Assembly (NCBI GenBank): GCA_001820655.1
Contig: MHQM01000025.1
Coordinates: forward strand, 1-30,570
Reading direction: 5' to 3'
Length of the DNA: 30,570 nt
DNA from: Candidatus Sungbacteria bacterium RIFCSPHIGHO2_02_FULL_52_23
GTDB lineage: Bacteria; Patescibacteriota; Minisyncoccia; Sungbacterales; HO2-52-23
Position numbers and translations under genes: made by a program. Below the pieces are notes generated by a model that made no database searches, had not been told where the DNA came from, and saw nothing but the letters and a program-made list of their open reading frames with translations. The number at the start of each line of letters is the position of its first letter. The stretch's first letter is position 1. Below are positions 24,328 through 30,570 of the stretch, one piece after another.

Positions 24328-26042
24328 TTCAACATTTTTAGCATTTTTTCCACCGGCCATGCGTTGATGATATCTTTTTTCTCGGCCCATCCGCGGCGCG
24401 CTTGTGCGATTCCGTATTCAAGATATTGGAAATGCTTCACGGAGTGCGCATCCGAGTCAATGCTCATCTTCACTCCTGCCGCCACGCATTTGCGGACATA
24501 GTCGTCCTTGATATCCGCGCGCTCCGGATACGCGTTGATTTCAAGCACCGTGCCGGTGCTTTTTGCCGCCGCGATCACCTCATCAATATCAAGCTCTATC
24601 GGCGCGCGGCGCGGGATAAGGCGACCTGTCAGATGAAAGATAATATCCACATGAGGGTTTTCCATCGCGCGGATGACGCGGCGCGTCTGCTCGGCGCGCG
24701 AGAGCTTAAAGTGGCTGTGTACGGCAACCCCCACGACATCGAGTCGTGCCAACACGTCATCGCGGATATCCAAAGATCCGGACGGCCCGATATTCACTTC
24801 AGCGCCCTTCAGTATTTTGAATTTTAGATTTTTCAGTTTCTTATTGATCCGGTCAATCTCTCCCATCTGCTTGATCAGCTTTTTCTCGTCTGCTCCCCCC
24901 GTCATGGCAAGCGACCGCGTATGATCGGTGATCGCGATGTATGAAAGGCCCGCTTCAGCTCCCGCTCGCGCCATCTCCTCAATGGAATTTTCGCCGTCTG
25001 TCCAGTCGGTCTGCACTTGCAGATCGCCGCACACATCATCATAGCCCACAAGATCCGGCAGTTTGCCGCGGCGGGCGGCCTCAATCTCTCCCGTATTTTC
25101 ACGCATTTCGGGCTCTATATAGCGCAAACCGAGTTTCTTATAGAGTTCTTCTTCACTCCTGCCTGCAATAAACTGTTTTCCACGGAATAGACCATATTCG
25201 TTGAGCTTCCATCCTTTTTTAGAGGCATACTCGCGCAACGCCACGTTATGATCCTTGGAACCCGTAAAATAATTGAGCGCCGCACCCCATGACTTTTCCG
25301 GTACGACGCGCAAATCGCAATCAAGGCCGTTTTTCAGACGGACATTTGTTTTGGTAGGGCCGTGCCCGTAGACATGCGCGATAAAGGGCAGGCCGAGAAA
25401 CCGGTCCATGACTTTTTCGGGGTGCTCCGACGACGCCAAAAGATCAATATCCCCGATTGTCTCGCGCCGCCTCCGTACGGACCCTGCGGCCGTCACCCGC
25501 GTCACTTCGGGAAATTTCCCGATCATCGCTGTGATCACGCGGATTTCTGGCATCATCAAGCCAAGCACGCGCAGACCGCCCGACTGCTTCAAAAACTCAA
25601 TGCCTTTCAAAATCTTCTCCTCGGACTTTTTGCCAAACCGTGGAAGCCGGGCGACTTTGCCCGCGCGCGCCGCACGCTCAAGATCCGCGAGCGTACGCAC
25701 GCGCAGTTTCTCCCAAAGCACCTTTATCATCTTCGGCCCCACGCCCTCCACTGCAGTCAGCTCCGCAATGCGGACAGGTATTTTTTTCTTGAGTGCGGCG
25801 TACTCCTTGAAATGCCCCGTCTTTAAAAGCTCCTCAATGTGCCGCGCGATGCCCGCACCCACTCCCGGGATTTCCTCAAGTGCGGCAAGGCCTCCCGCGT
25901 GATATATCTCTTTTACCTCCCGATCAAGCGATTCCACGCCGAGTGCCGCCCTCTCGTAAGCCCGCGGCTTGAACTGCACGTCCTGCATCTCAAAGAGTGC
26001 TGTCATCTCCAAGAGAATTTTTGCGATCTCACTATTGTTCAT
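24324..26042 (-). CDS. polX: DNA polymerase X with C-terminal PHP domain
   Basis: HhH motifs ([16 protein letters not shown]), [31 protein letters not shown], then PHP motifs ITDH and DSDAH. Confidence 0.93.
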   Translation of the reverse strand: MNNSEIAKILLEMTALFEMQDVQFKPRAYERAALGVESLDREVKEIYHAGGLAALEEIPGVGAGIARHIEELLKTGHFKEYAALKKKIPVRIAELTAVEGVGPKMIKVLWEKLRVRTLADLERAARAGKVARLPRFGKKSEEKILKGIEFLKQSGGLRVLGLMMPEIRVITAMIGKFPEVTRVTAAGSVRRRRETIGDIDLLASSEHPEKVMDRFLGLPFIAHVYGHGPTKTNVRLKNGLDCDLRVVPEKSWGAALNYFTGSKDHNVALREYASKKGWKLNEYGLFRGKQFIAGRSEEELYKKLGLRYIEPEMRENTGEIEAARRGKLPDLVGYDDVCGDLQVQTDWTDGENSIEEMARAGAEAGLSYIAITDHTRSLAMTGGADEKKLIKQMGEIDRINKKLKNLKFKILKGAEVNIGPSGSLDIRDDVLARLDVVGVAVHSHFKLSRAEQTRRVIRAMENPHVDIIFHLTGRLIPRRAPIELDIDEVIAAAKSTGTVLEINAYPERADIKDDYVRKCVAAGVKMSIDSDAHSVKHFQYLEYGIAQARRGWAEKKDIINAWPVEKMLKMLK

Positions 26043-26060
26043 AGCCGCGGCATACCGGAG

Positions 26061-26699
26061 TTATATTTTCTTTCTTTCAACAAACCGTGAAGCTCCGGAT
26101 GGGACTTTGGGGAGGATATACGGCTTCAAAAATACAAGCATGATCGTGGCGACAAACGTCAGTATCCCCACCATGGGAAATACGGCGCGAAATCCCACGG
26201 ATGCGCCCAATACTCCACCGAGCATCGCGCCGAATGCGGATCCCGCCCCCACGGAAAAACTTGAAAAAAGCGCCCATTCAAAGCCCTCCCGCCCTTTATC
26301 TATATGCCGCGTAAAGATCGCATAAAACGGCGGGATGATCATGGCGTCGGCAATGCCGATGAAGAATTGCAGGAGATACACGTGCAGGATGTTGGTCGCA
26401 AAAAAGTAGAGAGAGATCAGCAGGGCATTAAGCAAGCCTCCTGCGATCATAAAATAAAAATCGTCAATCTCGCCGTGATTTTTATCCACAAAACGCGCTA
26501 CGAAAAGCTGTACGATGGATTTGGTTACCCAATAGACAGTGATCGCAAAACCCACGCTCGCGACGGTCGCCCCCGCAATCTGTGTCGTGATAAATACGGC
26601 ATAGATCGGGGGCAAAAATCCCGCCGCCGCGGTGAGGACAAAATACGCCATCACGATCACGAGAATCACCTGATTAAGCTTCGGAAACCACGATTTCAT
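26061..26699 (-). CDS. Half-size (6-TM) MFS-like transporter
   Basis: 212 aa with about 6 hydrophobic helices and an MFS motif-A-like ARFVDK after TM2. Confidence 0.7.
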   Translation of the reverse strand: MKSWFPKLNQVILVIVMAYFVLTAAAGFLPPIYAVFITTQIAGATVASVGFAITVYWVTKSIVQLFVARFVDKNHGEIDDFYFMIAGGLLNALLISLYFFATNILHVYLLQFFIGIADAMIIPPFYAIFTRHIDKGREGFEWALFSSFSVGAGSAFGAMLGGVLGASVGFRAVFPMVGILTFVATIMLVFLKPYILPKVPSGASRFVERKKI

Positions 26700-26720
26700 A
26701 CCGCCATGATATCACACCTG

Positions 26721-26749
26721 TTGCACAGGAACAAAAACAATATTACGAT
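26721..26749 (+). promoter_or_regulatory. Probable msrB promoter (leaderless-type)
   Basis: TTGCAC-N17-TACGAT, ending 6 nt before ATG 26756. Confidence 0.45.
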
Positions 26750-26755
26750 GTAGCC

Positions 26756-27151
26756 ATGGATACACATGACGAGACGTATTGGAAGCAAAAGCTCACGCCG
26801 GAGCAGTATCGCGTCATGCGCGAAAAAGACACCGAAGCGCCTTTTACCGGCACGCTGATCCAGAATCACGAGACCGGCATGTACAAATGCGCCGCGTGTG
26901 GCGCGCCGCTTTTCTCCTCCGACACAAAGTTTAATTCGGGTACCGGCTGGCCGAGTTTTTATGATGTCGTCTCCAAAGGCAACGTAGAAACCCGCGAAGA
27001 CACGAGCTTTGGCATGCGCCGCACCGAAGTCGTGTGTCGCACATGCGGCGGACATCTGGGGCACGTCTTTGAAGACGGACCGAAAGAAAAAACCGGCAAG
27101 CGCTACTGCATCAACTCCTGCGCGCTTGATTTTGCACCGGAAAAAAAATAG
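26756..27151 (+). CDS. msrB: Peptide-methionine (R)-S-oxide reductase
   Basis: [57 protein letters not shown]. Confidence 0.96.
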   Translation: MDTHDETYWKQKLTPEQYRVMREKDTEAPFTGTLIQNHETGMYKCAACGAPLFSSDTKFNSGTGWPSFYDVVSKGNVETREDTSFGMRRTEVVCRTCGGHLGHVFEDGPKEKTGKRYCINSCALDFAPEKK

Positions 27152-27236
27152 GCCGCAATCGAACCATCGCAGCCACAGGTTTTCCACACCTTGCACACAG
27201 CTTATGCAGTCTCTTCGTCATCACGACAAGACTGCT

Positions 27237-28358
27237 TTATTGCGCGATTCGCACAAGCTCCGCGATGACGCCTGCGATAATCAGGGTATAGATGCCATAG
27301 CTCATCCACGCAGGTATGATGCCGCGGCCATGGTGCTCCTGCCTGATCTTACGCCCCATAAGGAGAAACAGCAGTCCGTCTACGCCAAACGCCATGACAC
27401 CCACGATACTGATGATCGCGATGAAGTTTTGAAATCCGGCAAGGTATAAAAGAAACGGTATGGCAGATGCCGTAAGCCATGCGGCCCGGCGTGGGACAGC
27501 AAGATCAAGCGAGAGCATGGCCTGAAAATTGGCCGAAAGCGCGATAAAAGACGTGAGCACCGCGAGGAACCCTGCCATACTCGCAAAAAGCACGACATTG
27601 CCCCCGACAAGCTGTCCGAGGCCCGCGATCGCATCGGTGCTTGTAGCGCCTCCCGTCACCCCCACGACCGCGTACGCAAAAAAGAAATACAGGACAGCCG
27701 GGATCAAAGAGCCTGCGACAATCGCGGCGCGTACTTTTGCTCTGTCGCGCCCGAGGACGGTTACGAGATCCGGTATGACGGACGCGCCCGAGAGCGCAAA
27801 AAGCAAGACGCCGTATGGCACGAAAAGATTGCTCCAGTGGATGCCCGCAAGACGCAAGGGCGACGCATGGGGTAGTAGCAGAAAAGAGAGTCCCGCAACA
27901 AAAGCGATCTCAAAGACCGTCAGCACTCCATTGATCGCGGCTTCTTTTTTGAGCGGGAAAAACGTCACGAGAGCGACAAAACACGCAAGACCTGACGCGA
28001 GCAAAAAGCCGTCGCCTGCAAGGGCTACCCGCGACACAACCGTCTCCAAAAACACGGAGCCGATGATGAGATACGCCAAAAGCGTGCCGACTGTCCCAAA
28101 AAGTGCTGACGCCCATGACACCAGTGCCGCGCGGCGCCCGAGATGCATGCGGGCGTAGCCCGGCATGCGGTGGAAATGCGGCGTTACAAGCACGATCTCG
28201 CCGTACAGGAGATGCAAGACGAGCATGACGCCCGAAATCACGACAAGCTCTGCCGCCCCGAGCCAAAATCCCGTTTGCGCAAACGAAAAAGGGATGGCAA
28301 ACATCCCCGCTCCGATGATCATCCCCGCAAGCACGAAGACGGCTTTGAAAAAACGCAT
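27237..28358 (-). CDS. Aromatic amino-acid (Trp/Tyr) permease-family transporter
   Basis: N-terminal G.IIGAGMFAIPF, PYGVLLFALSG.S.IP, LTSFIA; about 11 TM segments. Confidence 0.8.
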   Translation of the reverse strand: MRFFKAVFVLAGMIIGAGMFAIPFSFAQTGFWLGAAELVVISGVMLVLHLLYGEIVLVTPHFHRMPGYARMHLGRRAALVSWASALFGTVGTLLAYLIIGSVFLETVVSRVALAGDGFLLASGLACFVALVTFFPLKKEAAINGVLTVFEIAFVAGLSFLLLPHASPLRLAGIHWSNLFVPYGVLLFALSGASVIPDLVTVLGRDRAKVRAAIVAGSLIPAVLYFFFAYAVVGVTGGATSTDAIAGLGQLVGGNVVLFASMAGFLAVLTSFIALSANFQAMLSLDLAVPRRAAWLTASAIPFLLYLAGFQNFIAIISIVGVMAFGVDGLLFLLMGRKIRQEHHGRGIIPAWMSYGIYTLIIAGVIAELVRIAQ

Positions 28359-28359
28359 A

Positions 28360-28518
28360 AGACCTACTGATTAAATAGTTTCGTAGCGAGATGTTCAGAT
28401 TTCGTGCGAGACGAAGCAAAAATTATTCAGCATATACGGTGTATATGTTGAATAATTTTTGCAAAGTCGTAGCCGAAATCTGAACATCGGAGTAGAATAG
28501 TATTTAATCAGTAGGTCT
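28360..28518. mobile_element. MITE-like palindromic element, copy 2 (159 bp)
   Basis: Same 18-bp TIR (28360-28377 / 28501-28518), flanked by ATA on both sides, in opposite orientation to copy 1. Confidence 0.8.
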
Positions 28519-28541
28519 ATAGGTAAAACTGGTACTCCGTC

Positions 28542-29114
28542 CTAATCCTCAATCTTGTCCTTGGCGACGGCTTCCATGACTTTTGCCAGAAGTTTTTTCG
28601 GATCCGAATCAAAAACCACTTTCCCCGTGCCGCGATGCGCTTTTGCGAGCAGCTCTTCAAGCTCGTCTGCTATGCCGCCCGTGCCCGTCAGCACGCCTAT
28701 TGGTTTTTTGTCTTCAAATGCGATGGTAAATTCGTTCAACGTACCCATCCGTCCGCATGTGACGATCACGGCATCAGACGAGCGCGTCAGCAGGAGATTG
28801 CGCCCCGCGTAGCCGAAGCCCGTATAGATGATGATGTCGTGATTATCCAGAGGAAGCTGGTATTTTTTTACATGCTCCACTTCGGACGAAGCCGGGGAGA
28901 GTCCGATAACAAATCCGTTTTCTTCTTTGGCGCCCAGAGCGCCCCACAAGGGCGCGCCGGTTGTAGCCCCCGTCACCAAAACAGCACCTTGGCGCACGAT
29001 CTCGCGGCCAAGTTCTTTGGTCTTTTCAAGCGCATCGGGAGCGCAGTGGCCGGTTTCGGCAGCACCCGAAATGCAGATTTTATATTTGAGATGGATATGC
29101 CGTCCGTCTTTCAT
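28542..29114 (-). CDS. LOG-family protein (TIGR00725-like)
   Basis: ISGAAE, LVTGATTG, VIGLSP, GFGYAGRNLLL.RSSDAVI..GRMGTLNEF. Confidence 0.85.
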   Translation of the reverse strand: MKDGRHIHLKYKICISGAAETGHCAPDALEKTKELGREIVRQGAVLVTGATTGAPLWGALGAKEENGFVIGLSPASSEVEHVKKYQLPLDNHDIIIYTGFGYAGRNLLLTRSSDAVIVTCGRMGTLNEFTIAFEDKKPIGVLTGTGGIADELEELLAKAHRGTGKVVFDSDPKKLLAKVMEAVAKDKIED

Positions 29115-29134
29115 AGTGTCTTTAATACTATAGA

Positions 29135-30466
29135 TTATAGCGTGAACTTCTCCCCGCGCCTAGGGGCGGTGGCGGCTACACCCAGGCGATCCGCAATCTC
29201 CTGCTTGAAGCCAAGCGCTTGTTTCTCCTCGCCCTGTACGACAAATACGTGCTTGAGAGTATCGCGCTTCGGGTCTACAAAAGCATGCAGTTGCGCGTTG
29301 TCGGCATGCGCGGAAAATCCTCCGATCTGCCGCACTTCCGCGCGCACGGGAATCTCCTCATCCATGATCCGCACTTTTTCCGCTCCATCCACCAGCCGCC
29401 TGCCGAGCGATCCTGCAGCCTGATATCCGATGATGAGCAGGACGCTCTTGGGGTCCCCGAGATAGCGGCGCGCGTGATGCAGGATCCGCCCGCCCGTCAT
29501 CATGCCCGAGCCTGCCACGATGACTTTGGGTTGGCGCACGTCATTGATCGTCTTGGATTCGTCCACCGTCAGTGTGAAATGCAGTTCCTTGGAGCGAAAA
29601 AGATGCGGGTGCGCGCGGTACAGCGCCTTGATCTCTTCTTTGTACGCCTCCGGATGGCGCTCGTATACTTCGGTGATCCGTATCGCAAGCGGCGAATCCA
29701 CGTATACGGGCATCTGCGGGATTCTTTTCTGGTGCAGCATTTCGTTGAGCAGGAAAATAATATCCTGCGTGCGCTCGGTCGCAAACGCGGGTATCAGGAG
29801 CGTGCCGCCGCGAAATGCGACATCCTCTACCGCGCGCTCAAGCTTGAGCACCCGCTCCTCTGCGTCTTCATGGAGGCGCGTGCCGTATGCCGATTCGGTG
29901 ATCAGATAATCCAGATCGCCGATCTCGTCGGGCGGCGGCAGTAGGACAGACGGCACGTTGCCCAAATCTCCGGTAAACAGTATGCGCTTGCCTCCGGTCT
30001 CAATATACGCCATGGCAGATCCCAAAATATGCCCCGCATCAAAAAGCGTGAGCTCGGCGTCTTTGATCGTACGGCTGGCGCGGTACGTCATGTCCTCCCA
30101 AAGACCAAATGTCTGCTCAATATCCTTGGCGCTGAAGAGCGCATTCTCTTCGCGCTCGGCCAGATGTAGCGCGTCCTCCAATAGCACGCGCGCGAGCTCG
30201 CGAGTCGCGGAGGTCGCGAGGATCACGCCACGGAAACCCTCATGTACCAGCTTCGGGAGCCTCCCGATATGGTCAATATGTGCGTGCGTGATCACGACCG
30301 CATCAGGCGAGGACGGGTCAAAGCCGAAAGGCTCAAAGTTCATATCCTCAATCTCGCGCGAGCCCTGAAACATCCCGCAATCCACGAGAATTTTTGCGCC
30401 GCCCGTCTCAAGCAGATGACATGCGCCGGTTACTTCTTGTGCACCTCCATGAAAAGAAATTTGCAT
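29135..30466 (-). CDS. MBL-fold metallo-hydrolase, beta-CASP RNA-processing type
   Basis: GGAQEVTGACHL, LVDCG, HAHIDH, AGHILGS, TGDLG, ESAYG, FSAHAD. Confidence 0.92.
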   Translation of the reverse strand: MQISFHGGAQEVTGACHLLETGGAKILVDCGMFQGSREIEDMNFEPFGFDPSSPDAVVITHAHIDHIGRLPKLVHEGFRGVILATSATRELARVLLEDALHLAEREENALFSAKDIEQTFGLWEDMTYRASRTIKDAELTLFDAGHILGSAMAYIETGGKRILFTGDLGNVPSVLLPPPDEIGDLDYLITESAYGTRLHEDAEERVLKLERAVEDVAFRGGTLLIPAFATERTQDIIFLLNEMLHQKRIPQMPVYVDSPLAIRITEVYERHPEAYKEEIKALYRAHPHLFRSKELHFTLTVDESKTINDVRQPKVIVAGSGMMTGGRILHHARRYLGDPKSVLLIIGYQAAGSLGRRLVDGAEKVRIMDEEIPVRAEVRQIGGFSAHADNAQLHAFVDPKRDTLKHVFVVQGEEKQALGFKQEIADRLGVAATAPRRGEKFTL

Positions 30467-30477
30467 AGCTAGATATT

Positions 30478-30570
30478 AGACCTACTGCGTAAAGATTGTT
30501 CTGCTGCAATTTCCAGATTTCGGCTACGACTTTGAAAAAATTATTCAACATATACGCCGTATATGCCTCA
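30478..30570. mobile_element. MITE-like element, copy 3 (cut by the window end)
   Basis: AGACCTACTG start followed by CCAGATTTCGGCTACGACTTTG..AAAATTATTCAACATATACGCCGTATATG, colinear with copy 1 but without its 40-bp insert. Confidence 0.75.

Noticed and set aside
24814-24834. Weak 7-mer periodicity in polX (ATTTTGA/ATTTTAG/ATTTTTC)
   Set aside because: Too degenerate to separate from Lys/Leu/Phe-rich codon composition.
4358-30472. Numerous 60-300 aa ORFs antisense to or out of frame with the housekeeping genes
   Set aside because: They fully overlap confidently identified genes and have no recognisable motifs; typical shadow ORFs of GC-rich coding DNA.

Overview
Housekeeping region that looks like a Patescibacteria/CPR (Parcubacteria-like) chromosome; the lineage is inferred from gene content and style. 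It carries leuS (5' part), tatD, metG, an AI-2E transporter, an M16 peptidase, glyQS, recO, ileS, argS, smpB-ssrA-infC-rpmI-rplT, a NUDIX hydrolase, polX, msrB, an amino-acid permease, a LOG protein and an MBL/beta-CASP protein. The main find is a stand-alone type V CRISPR cassette at 8760-11764. It encodes an 855-aa CasX/Cas12e-like effector whose RuvC-I catalytic Asp is replaced by Asn (GINRGE), so it is probably nuclease-dead. The gene is followed by a promoter overlapping its stop codon, a ~150-nt hairpin-rich tracr/scout-RNA candidate, and a 4-repeat degenerate mini-array with short 24-28 nt spacers; no cas1/cas2/cas4 is adjacent. The best hypothesis is an RNA-guided DNA-binding or repression system rather than a nuclease. 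Other accessory features: a complete IS1595-family element with cargo that splits a DUF4258-like toxin gene, a 3-copy palindromic MITE family, a PaaX/Cas2-like regulator bracketed by two palindromes, and palindromic or 7-mer repeat insertions in frame inside essential genes. All family assignments come from motifs recognised by eye; no database searches were run.
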